Positions 19,501 through 27,686 of a stretch of DNA of 42,008 nt are shown here, piece after piece. The notes below the pieces were generated by a model. That model saw only the letters and a program-made list of their open reading frames with translations, did not search any database and had not been told where the DNA came from. The translations under genes were made by a program, and so were the position numbers. The stretch comes from Patescibacteria group bacterium. GTDB lineage: Bacteria; Patescibacteriota; Minisyncoccia; UBA6257; GWB1-50-10. The DNA lies in contig JBBTSG010000014.1 in the NCBI GenBank assembly GCA_038064775.1, positions 26,708 to 68,715 on the forward strand, given 5' to 3'. Position 1 is the first letter of the stretch. Each line of letters begins with the position of its first letter.

Positions 19501-19712
19501 CTTGGTGGTTTTTCTCTTTCCAAGTAGCACCTTTCTTTTCCGGCGGCGATATTAAATGGCTCGGCGAACCGTTTAGCTTTGTGAATCGTTTCGGATTTGC
19601 CTGTAAAATGAGCTTATTTAGCTGGGCGCCAGCTTACTTAAGATATGAGTATTATAAATATCTTGATGAACAACCTTGGCAATCAGCTATGACTTTTGAA
19701 TTTGAGTACTAA
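16593..19712 (+). CDS. Large secreted protein: signal peptide + gluzincin (peptidase MA-like) + beta-propeller-like region + Omp85/BamA-like C-terminal beta-barrel
   Basis: SHEIAH...PLWFSEGFAEF; beta-rich middle; DVDLRYYF, GNKVFLYNLEARFPL and aromatic C-terminus FEFEY; AAGGAG 6 nt before ATG 16593. Confidence 0.7.
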   Translation: MKRNSLILTCFLTLSLFFNETAEGQRNRTLMSRPFEWQMIRGDHYMIYFPKQTETIARKVAKEIPTILKLYSEKIFVTERPINVPKDTLEKYRYTSDNKLPKWLTHRPFISDTLGNVIYKKLYWLPETLVIVLYPNMQDFGEQRIVDEFFPPGVLGFTEYGNNRIALPYSGNDHEFKATLSHEIAHACQNLFVKDESDVADKLGLPNNSRPRYPLWFSEGFAEFSSSDIYMDSLGEQSDYRRYRTEEINLELTVNEKIPSLEELKYNGGFLVYTMGYEFLRFMAKRFAPDSISNLMKKTARNEDFEKAWLHTFKEPLLTSETEWWKKRKVLYDLRTLFEKADKLPQEKIESDSIQGIKELEIIGKAGFDPKTRTIVFYEPKKKWGINVASFSFDDTDITKSKIEIDHQFANKSLWYRLNNPPAVFGDRVLITLSGVNQNYIRIFELQRGTDGERTGVELKEEITIPGILWVKDFRFESEDLFYFVGMDTLGEENIYSYSILKKELSKLTNTSVAKEQPGIFDQKLVYIASGNARDEHFLCIEEKGEVSRVSFSNERFVDQWIADSSWIIVKVLTDKAIPDLIFWPKGSSFAYRYKYGNPFYGDTGINYVRYPFVSQLLGFSSDGKFIVRESKTKDAENGRFVVITLDTSLLEKIEVKIIKGIPQSAQFINDTSKVEPPNDSYKYRGDLPFDNIFGIDFPGMGKTNATGEKGMEISMLLDRRYAYQHMGVRWFDFSKRLRKETGLGVTGQLRVRRSPESGQEELIKGGILELKRSYSWPFDLENSITLMGGVGFYAQQPPDITVRDTTKKDSLNCGIFGCGDTLKTVAQPAFLHSTVIRLEAKFVSDGSFVDFFRSTKHGHYLAVNYGVIKGFLGALHNTEINTEFDVDLRYYFRPWQARPYLATRVFYGISTGYGPYAFFNPDLYRKPGFYRFNWSKSFGNKVFLYNLEARFPLFRFFMTNYEFWEHERPWWFFSFQVAPFFSGGDIKWLGEPFSFVNRFGFACKMSLFSWAPAYLRYEYYKYLDEQPWQSAMTFEFEY

Positions 19713-19717
19713 AAAAT

Positions 19718-19752
19718 AGCCCTGACGTAAAAAACGTCGGGGCTTTTCTTTT
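19718..19752 (+). terminator. Intrinsic terminator of the large secreted-protein gene
   Basis: AGCCCTGACGT...ACGTCGGGGCT followed by a T-run. Confidence 0.8.
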
Positions 19753-19757
19753 GCCTG

Positions 19758-19865
19758 AAAAAAACCTCCGCCCTTGCGGGCGGAGGAGAAATTAGAAGGG
19801 CTTACCTTGGTTTTCGCCGCGAACCGAAGTTCTTGACGACAAGGCAAACTCAGCACTTCACTAAC
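19758..19865 (-). ncRNA. Candidate small structured ncRNA (about 105 nt; long hairpin with UUCG loop; possibly divergent SRP RNA)
   Basis: Own promoter TTGCAA-17-TACTAT with extended TG (19872-19900), terminator CCTCCGCCC-GCAA-GGGCGGAGG-T7, no ORF. Confidence 0.6.
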
Positions 19866-19901
19866 AAAAGCATAGTAGCATACATCTATTTAAATTGCAA
19901 G

Positions 19902-20948
19902 TCACAAAAGTTGATCTTCCGATTTTGGACCTTCAACCGCTAACGGTTTGATTTCCATTGCTTCGCCAGTAATCTGTAAAACGTCTTTATCAATTTTCCC
20001 GAATTCTTTATAAGCATTGTTATACATATTAACAGTGGTGCCTAAATTCTTGCCGAGCCGCTGCATGTAATCGTCGTAAGAACCAAGGTGTTTACTTAAA
20101 CGCTCTACTTGCTTGATAATATCGCGGGCTTGCTCGGAAATTTTTTGGTTTCTTAAACCTTGTAAAACTGTTTGAAGATAAGCTAAAAAAGAAGTTGGCG
20201 AAACTATAATCACTTTCTTTTGGCCGGCGTAACTAATTAAATTTTTCGTATCGTCAGTCACTGCCCCCACTTTATTGATTAGTAAATCGTAATAAACCGC
20301 CTCTGATGGAATAAACATAAAAGCGAAATCCATGGTGTTTTCTTCTGGCTTCACGTATTTTGACGTTTCATCAATCCGGTTTTTCAAGTCATTAACAAAA
20401 GCTGATTCGTATTTTTTTCGATCGGTATCATCACGCGCTTCGAGAATACGGTTATAATTTTCCAAACTAAATTTCGAATCAATCGGAATAATCCGCTTAT
20501 CAATTAAAACAACCGCATCAACAATCACGCCATCGCTAAAGGCGTATTGCATTTTATAGGCGCCGGGCGGCAAAACATTTTTCAAAACCGTTTCCAAATA
20601 ATACTCGCCCAAAATCCCCCGCTGTTTCGGGTTTTTTAAAATATCCTGCAGATTTTTCAACTGATCAGCGAAATTCACTACTTGTTTATTAGTCTCATCA
20701 AGGCGAGTCAATTTTTCGGTGACGTCACGGATAATTTTGGCGCTCTCGCCGAATTGCCGCTGGATTACCTTAGTTGATTCACCAAGTTTGCTGTCGAGCG
20801 TCCGGCCGATCTCGTTAATCTGATTTTGAAGCATTACGAACGACTGATCGCCATTCTTGCCTTTCCTTTGCTCGGAAAGAAACCGAAAAATTAAGGCAAA
20901 GCCAGCGATTATTACTAATACCAAAATGCCAAGAATTATTTCAACCAT
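19902..20948 (-). CDS. rmuC: DNA recombination protein RmuC
   Basis: N-terminal TM, coiled coil, RGILGE, PIDSKF, FAFMFIPSE, VSPTS. Confidence 0.92.
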   Translation of the reverse strand: MVEIILGILVLVIIAGFALIFRFLSEQRKGKNGDQSFVMLQNQINEIGRTLDSKLGESTKVIQRQFGESAKIIRDVTEKLTRLDETNKQVVNFADQLKNLQDILKNPKQRGILGEYYLETVLKNVLPPGAYKMQYAFSDGVIVDAVVLIDKRIIPIDSKFSLENYNRILEARDDTDRKKYESAFVNDLKNRIDETSKYVKPEENTMDFAFMFIPSEAVYYDLLINKVGAVTDDTKNLISYAGQKKVIIVSPTSFLAYLQTVLQGLRNQKISEQARDIIKQVERLSKHLGSYDDYMQRLGKNLGTTVNMYNNAYKEFGKIDKDVLQITGEAMEIKPLAVEGPKSEDQLL

Positions 20949-21043
20949 GAATGATATTCATTTTACATTATTTAATCACCTTAAAACAACAAAGATATTG
21001 CTAAGAAAAATGTCTCGGAGCTCGAGCGGGCGTTGTTGCTCCC

Positions 21044-21379
21044 CTAGTTCACAGAAATGATTGTGGCGAGGGCAATTAAAATAATGAAAGCAATAAGAAT
21101 ATTAAAAGAGAAGAAAATGATAGAAATAAACCTCTGACGGTAGAAAAACTGGTAAGCTAAAAACGTATTTACAATAAAGGCAACAAAACCAGTAAGCCAA
21201 ATCCATGATAAATCGCTCGGCGCTCCAAAAACGTCAACGCCGCGAAAAGAGTCAAAATGAAGAATAATTGTTGATGGCAAACCTCCTAAATTAAAAAAAA
21301 CAACAAAACCGCTTATCAAAAAAAGCCCGGCACTTATCGCTGTTAAAACCAACGGTAATTTTTGTTTGAGGATGAGCAT
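21044..21379 (-). CDS. Hypothetical membrane protein (DUF1648-like, ILHF..GVD motif)
   Basis: Three TM segments; IILHFDSFRGVDVFG. Confidence 0.7.
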   Translation of the reverse strand: MLILKQKLPLVLTAISAGLFLISGFVVFFNLGGLPSTIILHFDSFRGVDVFGAPSDLSWIWLTGFVAFIVNTFLAYQFFYRQRFISIIFFSFNILIAFIILIALATIISVN

Positions 21380-21484
21380 TTGTGCTGTAATTATACACTT
21401 TGCACGAACCTATTTTGAATAAAACTGACGATGAGCTTCGCGCGTCCCACCTTCTGGCTTTGAAAAAGCCGATTAGTTCGTTGT

Positions 21485-21571
21485 TGGTGCGCGGGAGAGG
21501 ATTCGAACCTCCAAGCCCTTGCGGGCGCTACCACCTCAAGGTAGTGCGTCTGCCAGTTTCGCCACCCGCGC
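21485..21571 (-). tRNA. tRNA-Leu(GAG)
   Basis: GCGCGGG...CTACC-TT-GAG-GT-GGTAG, long variable arm, GGTTCGAATCC, encoded CCA. Confidence 0.96.
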
Positions 21572-21749
21572 AAGACAGTAATAATATATCCGATTTATCG
21601 CTGTTTTTCAATAATAATTTGACAGATAAATAGCAATACGATTATTATTAACTAGGTAGTCGATGGCTCCCCGTCTTTGGCGGGATGCTCATATAATTGT
21701 AGTGAAATTTTCTTCGCTACGATTACGAGCTCAAAAATTTCAACATATT

Positions 21750-22022
21750 ATGGCACATACAAAAGCTAAGGGTTCAAGTAAGCTCGGACGCGAATCCGAG
21801 TCAAAACGGCTTGGCGTAAAACTTCAAGACGGCGAAAAAGTAGCGCCGGGCGAGATTATTGTTCGCCAACGCGGCACGAAATTTTATCCAGGACAAAACG
21901 TTAAACGTGGCGCGGACGACACGCTCTACGCCCTTAAAAGCGGTTCGGTTAAATTTACTACTTCAAAACGCACGCATTTTGACGGCTCAAAGAAATTTGT
22001 GAATGTTGTTCAAGTGATCTAA
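21750..22022 (+). CDS. rpmA: 50S ribosomal protein L27
   Basis: [24 protein letters not shown]...IIVRQRGTK; start moved to ATG 21750. Confidence 0.97.
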   Translation: MAHTKAKGSSKLGRESESKRLGVKLQDGEKVAPGEIIVRQRGTKFYPGQNVKRGADDTLYALKSGSVKFTTSKRTHFDGSKKFVNVVQVI

Positions 22023-22475
22023 ATCAACCGCTTCCGTTTTTTCTTCTTTAGTTTTTACTTTTAAATCTGTTTTAATCCCCCCTCCAAAATCAATATTTAC
22101 TTTATGATCGCCTATTGTTTTAATCGGATGTTCTAAAAGTATCTTAAAATTTTTGAATCCGTTATTTTTTAGGAAGTTTCCGATTTCTCTTTCGCCTATT
22201 GAACCAAAAACTTCGCCTTTTTTGCCGGTTTTTAAACCAAATTCAGCGGTTAATCCATTAAGCCGGCTCGCGTCAACTTCAAGTTTTTTCAAAAGTGCAT
22301 CATGCTCGGCAGTCAAAATTTCTTTCTGCCGCTTAAGTTTTTCTAAAGTATTAGGCGTAGCAATCATTACAAGTTTTTTCGGCAAAAGGAAATTGCGAAC
22401 ATAGCCGTCAGCAATTTCTTTCACTTCGTATTTTTTGCCCAATCCTTTGATATCCTGAAGAATAATTACCCTCAT
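21987..22475 (-). CDS. rplI: 50S ribosomal protein L9
   Basis: [14 protein letters not shown]...[10 protein letters not shown]...VFGSI...PIKTIG; overlaps rpmA convergently by 36 nt. Confidence 0.95.
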   Translation of the reverse strand: MRVIILQDIKGLGKKYEVKEIADGYVRNFLLPKKLVMIATPNTLEKLKRQKEILTAEHDALLKKLEVDASRLNGLTAEFGLKTGKKGEVFGSIGEREIGNFLKNNGFKNFKILLEHPIKTIGDHKVNIDFGGGIKTDLKVKTKEEKTEAVDLDHLNNIHKFL

Positions 22476-23671
22476 AGTTCAGCTCGTAAAATTTCCAAAG
22501 CTTTTTCTAACTGAATGTCTTTAGTACTCGTTGAGTTTTCGTCTAGCGCTTTAACTTCAATGTCCGGTGTTAAACCCTTTTTGTTAATTTCCGTGCCGTT
22601 CGGCGTGAGCCACTCCGCCACCGAAACTTTTAAGCTCGAACCGTCTTTCAAATTTTGAATTTCTTGAACCGTCCCTTTACCGAATGATTTTTCGCCAATA
22701 ATTTTTATATTCCGATTGTCGCGCAGGGCACCCGCCAAAATTTCTGAAGCTGAGGCAGAACCGCCATTCATTATAATAACCATTGGTAGATTTCTCATTG
22801 CTTCATTGCCATTCGCATAAAATTTATCTTCATTGCTAGCGTGATATCGTTCCCGGACAACTACATCGCCCCGTTTTAAAAACCAGCCAGCTAAATTTAC
22901 TGAAACATCCAAAAAACCACCGGGATTATTCCGTAAATCTAAAACCACGCCTTTTGCACCGTGAGTCAGTGCTTCAAACGCTTTATTGTAAAAAAGCGAA
23001 GGCGCGTTGGAATTAAAATTATAAAGGTGAAGATAGGCAATTTTTCCTGGTTTCATTTCGTAGTCAAGCGTTGGTACGTTGATAATCGCACGAGTGATCT
23101 TAATTTCTTTAGCCGCCGCCCAACTATCGCGTGAAATTAAAAATACTACCACCGTTCCCGGCTCGCCGCGGATAATTTTTATCGCCTCATCAATCGGAAG
23201 GCCGGTTGAATCCGTATCATTGATCTTCAATATTTTATCGCCTGGCCTCAGACCGGCTGCTTCGGCTGGAGTGTCTTTTAAAGGCGCGATTACCACCAAC
23301 TGGTCATTTTTTATACCAATCTGAGCGCCAATACCGCCAAAACTGCCGCTTAAATCTTGCGCAAATTTTTGGGTATCAACGGGTTTGAAAAAGGTCGTGT
23401 AAGGATCTTTAACTGTGCCGACTACTCCTTGAATCGCTCCATAAAGAAAATCTTGATCTTTAAAATCTTGGACGTTAACATAACGACTTTTTACAATATT
23501 TACCGCATCCCAGAAAAGAGAAAAATCAGCGTTGATTAGCTCGTGACTATCGGTAATATTAATAACCGCTCTTTGGCTGCCAAAACGAAATCCGCCGTAA
23601 AAAAAACCGCCGGCAACAATAAGAATAAAAAGCGTGAAACCGAGTATTTTTGAAACTTTTTTGAAACGCAT
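22472..23671 (-). CDS. ctpA: Carboxyl-terminal processing protease (S41A, PDZ)
   Basis: DPYT, GIGA PDZ, DLRNNPGG, SASASEI, SFGKG. Confidence 0.92.
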   Translation of the reverse strand: MRFKKVSKILGFTLFILIVAGGFFYGGFRFGSQRAVINITDSHELINADFSLFWDAVNIVKSRYVNVQDFKDQDFLYGAIQGVVGTVKDPYTTFFKPVDTQKFAQDLSGSFGGIGAQIGIKNDQLVVIAPLKDTPAEAAGLRPGDKILKINDTDSTGLPIDEAIKIIRGEPGTVVVFLISRDSWAAAKEIKITRAIINVPTLDYEMKPGKIAYLHLYNFNSNAPSLFYNKAFEALTHGAKGVVLDLRNNPGGFLDVSVNLAGWFLKRGDVVVRERYHASNEDKFYANGNEAMRNLPMVIIMNGGSASASEILAGALRDNRNIKIIGEKSFGKGTVQEIQNLKDGSSLKVSVAEWLTPNGTEINKKGLTPDIEVKALDENSTSTKDIQLEKALEILRAEL

Positions 23672-23758
23672 AGATTTAATTTAACAGGATTTTTTGTTTT
23701 AAGGCAATTTAACTAATCCATTTGTCATTAATTCGGATTTTAGCATAAAATTAAGATA

Positions 23759-24094
23759 ATGGCGCTTGATAAAAATTATCTTGAAACATTAAGAAAACGT
23801 TCAAAGCAAGGCCATATTTATAGAAAGTATCAATTGACCGGCCTTATGCTTGCCGACCTGCTCCGCGATCGACCGCATAAAGCAATTTATATCCGACTTG
23901 CTAAAAACTATGATGAAGGAGAACTAATGGGAATTGCCAAGGAAATATCTCAAAATAAAAACATTATAAACCGCGGCGCTTACTTCATGAAAATAGTTCA
24001 GAGTTTGCCGAAAAGCGTCCGAAAACCAATCGTAAAAAAACCGAAAATCCAAAAAAAGAAGCAGAAAGAACTTTTCAAATGGAAGAAAAAATAG
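23759..24094 (+). CDS. Basic hypothetical protein upstream of def
   Basis: 111-aa ORF overlapping the def start; -10 box just upstream. Confidence 0.7.
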   Translation: MALDKNYLETLRKRSKQGHIYRKYQLTGLMLADLLRDRPHKAIYIRLAKNYDEGELMGIAKEISQNKNIINRGAYFMKIVQSLPKSVRKPIVKKPKIQKKKQKELFKWKKK

Positions 24095-24588
24095 TAACAA
24101 TTGAAAAGAAAAGTGATGAAAGATTTCTACGCGAAAAAACGCGGGATTTTGATTTCTCGAAACATTCAAAAAAAGATATTCGGGAGTTAGTGAAAAATAT
24201 GAGATTGATGATGAAAAAGGCGAATGGCGTCGGCCTCTCTGCTAATCAAATTGGCCTACACCACAAAGTTTTTGTCGCCCAAGTGCCAGACAGCCAAAAC
24301 CAATTAAAATTCTACGCGATTTTTAATCCGAAAATTGAAAAAGCGTCTGTTGAGAAAGAAATTCTTGAAGAAGGATGTTTGAGTATACCTGAATCCTACG
24401 GATCGGTTCCGCGAAGCTATCGACTCACTCTTATCGGTCAAGATCAGGCCGGCAAAAAAATAAAAATAAAAGCGTGGGGGCTTCTGGCGCGAGTTTTCCA
24501 ACATGAATGCGATCATTTGGACGGTAAACTATTTATCGACCGAACAAAACAAGTGTTGAAGAAAGAACCTGCGCACCATGACAAATGA
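24079..24588 (+). CDS. def: Peptide deformylase
   Basis: GVGLSANQIG, EGCLS, QHECDHLDG. Confidence 0.97.
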   Translation: MEEKIVTIEKKSDERFLREKTRDFDFSKHSKKDIRELVKNMRLMMKKANGVGLSANQIGLHHKVFVAQVPDSQNQLKFYAIFNPKIEKASVEKEILEEGCLSIPESYGSVPRSYRLTLIGQDQAGKKIKIKAWGLLARVFQHECDHLDGKLFIDRTKQVLKKEPAHHDK

Positions 24589-24605
24589 CAATAACAATAA
24601 ACAAA

Positions 24606-25439
24606 ATGAAATATGTCTTCTTCGGCACGCCGGAATTTGCCGAGGTTATTTTGGAAAAACTTATTGAAAACGGCATTCCGCCAAGTTTAGTTGTTTGCAA
24701 TCCCGATAAGCCAGCTGGTCGCAAAAAAATTATCACTCCCCCTTTAGTTAAGATTTTAGCTGAAAAAAACAATATTAAAGTTTACCAACCTGAAAAGTTA
24801 GAAGTTAAAAGTTTTAAAAAAGAGATTGGCGAATCTGGATTTGCCGTTGTCGCCGCTTACGGGAAAATTATCCCAAAAAATATTATTGATTTATTTCCGC
24901 AAGGCATAATCGGCGTTCATCCTTCGCTTTTACCTAAATACCGTGGCGCTTCTCCAATTCAGACGGCAATTCTTAATAATGAGGAACAAACTGGCGTCAC
25001 TTTTTATTTACTCGATGAAAAAACCGACCACGGGAAAGTTTTAGCTCAACAAGCGCTCTATGAACCAATTGATCAAATTTATTACGAAGAATTATTGAAA
25101 AATCTTGCCTCACTTGCGGGAGAAATGCTCGCTGGATTTTTGCCAGATTTTGTAAAAGGTGAAATAGCGCCGCAAGCGCAAGATGAAACGCAAGCGACTC
25201 AGACAAAAAAATTCACAACGGATGACGGACGCGTTGATCTAGGAAAGGATGATCCGGAGGTAGTTTGGCGAAAAGTGCGCGCCTTAAATCCAGAACCGGG
25301 CGTATTTACCCTGAGTCCGTCGAAGGGCGGACTAAGAAGAATGAAAATACTAGAGGCGGATTTTTTTCCGGCAGTTGCCGGAGGCAAATTAAAACTGAAA
25401 AAAATTCAGTTTGAAGGCAAAAAGCCGCAAGATTTATAA
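24606..25439 (+). CDS. fmt: Methionyl-tRNA formyltransferase (short C-domain)
   Basis: FFGTPEFA, VAAYGKI, HPSLLPKYRGASPI; start is ATG 24606 or 24585. Confidence 0.95.
   Translation: MKYVFFGTPEFAEVILEKLIENGIPPSLVVCNPDKPAGRKKIITPPLVKILAEKNNIKVYQPEKLEVKSFKKEIGESGFAVVAAYGKIIPKNIIDLFPQGIIGVHPSLLPKYRGASPIQTAILNNEEQTGVTFYLLDEKTDHGKVLAQQALYEPIDQIYYEELLKNLASLAGEMLAGFLPDFVKGEIAPQAQDETQATQTKKFTTDDGRVDLGKDDPEVVWRKVRALNPEPGVFTLSPSKGGLRRMKILEADFFPAVAGGKLKLKKIQFEGKKPQDL
25309..25327 (+). repeat. Family-A hairpin in frame inside fmt
   Basis: CCCTGAGTCCGTCGAAGGG encodes LSPSKG. Confidence 0.8.
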
Positions 25440-25452
25440 ATAGTTACTTGTC

Positions 25453-25683
25453 TTATTTCTGCGCTTTTTCGTCCAGATATTCAACAAAGGATTTAAGTTG
25501 AATCAAAGCTATCGCGCGATCTTCTATTTTTTTGGCGTTTGTTTCAAGATAGCGCCACCAATTTTGGTCGCCTTCAAGTAAAGTATTAAAAAGCTCGGCA
25601 TGGTTTTTCAGTTTTTCCAAAAGCGCGTCAATTTCCTGTTCGGTTTTTTGCTCTGGCAAGAGTTCTTTTGGAAACTGTTCCAT
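25453..25683 (-). CDS. Small acidic hypothetical protein
   Basis: 76-aa ORF co-oriented with sod. Confidence 0.65.
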   Translation of the reverse strand: MEQFPKELLPEQKTEQEIDALLEKLKNHAELFNTLLEGDQNWWRYLETNAKKIEDRAIALIQLKSFVEYLDEKAQK

Positions 25684-25690
25684 AGTTTAG

Positions 25691-25909
25691 TTATTTATTT
25701 TGTTCTTTTTCTAAAACTTCCAAATATTTTTCTTTTGCGATACGAGCTTTTTCTTTCGCGTCTATTGGCGCGTTATGACGACCAGCTATTCCTGAAGCTT
25801 TAAGCCAATCCTGTCTTAATTCTTCTAAAGTAACGTCTTCAAACGGCGCTTCTTTTGCCCGTTCTACTTTTTTCCGCATGCTTTCGGTTTCTTGAGGAAT
25901 CTTTTCCAT
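25691..25909 (-). CDS. Small charged hypothetical protein
   Basis: 72-aa ORF starting 3 nt after the sod stop. Confidence 0.65.
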   Translation of the reverse strand: MEKIPQETESMRKKVERAKEAPFEDVTLEELRQDWLKASGIAGRHNAPIDAKEKARIAKEKYLEVLEKEQNK

Positions 25910-25912
25910 GTT

Positions 25913-26572
25913 TTAGATAAATAATTTTTCAACTTCATTCCAATTCACTACGTTCCACCACGCCTCAATATATTCCGACCGGCGGTTTTGGTATTTCAAA
26001 TAATAAGCGTGTTCCCAAATATCGAGTCCGAGTAATGGTTTTAATCCTTGAGAAATAGGATTGTCTTGATTGGATGTCGTAATAATCGACAAGCCCTTCG
26101 ACTCGCTTTGCTCGCTCAGGGCAAGCCATGCCCAGCCGCTTCCAAAAACACTAACAGCCGCATTTGAAAATTGTTCTTTAAACTTCGCGAAATCGCCGAA
26201 AAACTTTGTGATTGCGTCGGCAATTTTACCGGTTGGTTCACCTGCCTGCGCAGGCAGGTCGCCAGTTGGTGAATTAGGCGCCATAATCCGCCAAAAAAAA
26301 GAATGGTTGTAATGTCCCCCGCCGTGATTTTGAACGGCTTTTCTAATATCTTCCGGCACAGCACTTAAATTCGCGAGCAACTCTTCAAGCGATTCTAGTT
26401 CAGGCTTGCCCGCCGTAGTTTCAGCGAAGGCGGGATGTTTCGTGAGCGCTTCATTTAATTTTGTGACGTAAGTTTGGTGATGTTTTGTGTGGTGAATTTC
26501 CATCGTTCGCGCGTCAATAAACGGTTCAAGGGCGTCGTAAGCGTATGGCAATTTTGGAAGTTCATATTTCAT
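25913..26572 (-). CDS. sodA: Fe/Mn superoxide dismutase carrying three palindromic in-frame inserts
   Basis: [33 protein letters not shown]. Confidence 0.93.
   Translation of the reverse strand: MKYELPKLPYAYDALEPFIDARTMEIHHTKHHQTYVTKLNEALTKHPAFAETTAGKPELESLEELLANLSAVPEDIRKAVQNHGGGHYNHSFFWRIMAPNSPTGDLPAQAGEPTGKIADAITKFFGDFAKFKEQFSNAAVSVFGSGWAWLALSEQSESKGLSIITTSNQDNPISQGLKPLLGLDIWEHAYYLKYQNRRSEYIEAWWNVVNWNEVEKLFI
26092..26122 (-). repeat. Family-A hairpin (long form) in frame inside sod
   Basis: GCCCTGAGCGAGCAAAGCGAGTCGAAGGGC encodes [10 protein letters not shown]; core differs by 1 nt from the copy at 27610. Confidence 0.85.
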
Positions 26573-26582
26573 CCCGTTAGAA

Positions 26583-27113
26583 TTAAGATTGCTTTAATCG
26601 TTTGTTTACGACCATCAACATTATGATCAATAAAAAAATTGTGAGTGACATCATTGGCATCGTAATATAGCCAAATTCCATTACGTAGCGTTTAGCGCAA
26701 GAAACTAAACTTGCTCCGCATAAACCAGTGGTAATTCCCATTTGTATAAGATGATTATAAAGAGCAATAATAGCGCCGAGAATCGAAAGAATTAATGCAT
26801 TAAGCGAAGAAATAGTATAATCTTTTTTCCAAAGGGCAATTCCAAAAATAATCACTTGCGGATACATAAAAATTCGCTGAATCCAGCAGAGGTTGCAAGG
26901 TTCGTAGCCGGCGATACTCGAATAAAACAAACTGCCGATGGTAGCGCCGAGCACGGCCAAAAAAGAGATGAAAAAAGCATTTTCTCCGAAAAATCTAAAA
27001 AATTTGTTGGATGTTTGTTTGAAAACTAAAGAACCAAAAAGCGCCAAAATAATTAATTGGCCGAGAACGGTGAGAATTCCTAAAACTGAATTTATAGCTG
27101 GGGTAGTAAACAT
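26583..27113 (-). CDS. Disulfide bond formation protein DsbB/BdbC family
   Basis: [25 protein letters not shown]; second Cys pair; TM helices. Confidence 0.9.
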   Translation of the reverse strand: MFTTPAINSVLGILTVLGQLIILALFGSLVFKQTSNKFFRFFGENAFFISFLAVLGATIGSLFYSSIAGYEPCNLCWIQRIFMYPQVIIFGIALWKKDYTISSLNALILSILGAIIALYNHLIQMGITTGLCGASLVSCAKRYVMEFGYITMPMMSLTIFLLIIMLMVVNKRLKQS

Positions 27114-27499
27114 TAATTAGTAGGGAGTGCGCAACCACTTTTTTCGGCAAGTCGTTCTAAAGAAATTACGTCGATCTCGCGCGTGCCGTCCGGATATTGC
27201 CAAGTAGGATAACCGTCAATTCCTTGTTTCTTACAAACATCAAGCTGACCGTTACCGTCTGGTGTGGAACACTCAACGTATGGCAAAAATTTTTCGGCTG
27301 AACCGAACATTTTCTTTTGGTTCTGGCAATGTGGACACCAAAAAGCGCCGTAAAAAGTCAGTCCTTTGTCTTTAAGACAAGTGGCAAAACCATCGAGTTT
27401 ACTCGGTGCATTTTTTGAAATTGATGACCAGACAAAAAGTCCGGCGAGAACGAAAACGACAACTGCAACCCAAATCCAAGTTGATTTATTATTATTCAT
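27113..27499 (-). CDS. Membrane-anchored thioredoxin-fold protein
   Basis: FYGAFWCPHC...YVEC...C...GYPTW. Confidence 0.88.
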   Translation of the reverse strand: MNNNKSTWIWVAVVVFVLAGLFVWSSISKNAPSKLDGFATCLKDKGLTFYGAFWCPHCQNQKKMFGSAEKFLPYVECSTPDGNGQLDVCKKQGIDGYPTWQYPDGTREIDVISLERLAEKSGCALPTN

Positions 27500-27539
27500 A
27501 AGCTAATTTAATTATACTTGCGGTTTCAAAAATCACAAT

Positions 27540-27610
27540 TGCGGGATCGTCTAATGGTAGGACGTCTGGCTCTGAACCAGAAAATTGGGGTCCGATTCCC
27601 TGTCCCGCAG
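27540..27610 (+). tRNA. tRNA-Gln(CTG)
   Basis: TGCGGGA/TCCCGCA acceptor stem, TCTGG-CT-CTG-AA-CCAGA; T-loop TCCGATT; CCA not encoded. Confidence 0.92.
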
Positions 27611-27682
27611 CACTTCGACTCGCTTCGCTCGCTCAGTGCGAGCACATAAATTGACGAAGTGTCCTGAGCGAAGTCGAAGGAC
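27610..27682. repeat. Inverted pair of family-A hairpins between tRNA-Gln and the GIY-YIG gene
   Basis: GCACTTCGACTCGCTTCGCTCGCTCAGTGC (27610-39) and GTCCTGAGCGAAGTCGAAGGAC (27661-82). Confidence 0.85.
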
Positions 27683-27686
27683 CAAA

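Noticed and set aside
21391-21633. ORFs 21391..21573 and 21400..21633
   Set aside because: Shadow frames over tRNA-Leu
27585-27686. N-terminal extension of the GIY-YIG ORF in the ORF track
   Set aside because: It overlaps tRNA-Gln and the repeats; the domain starts at ATG 27687
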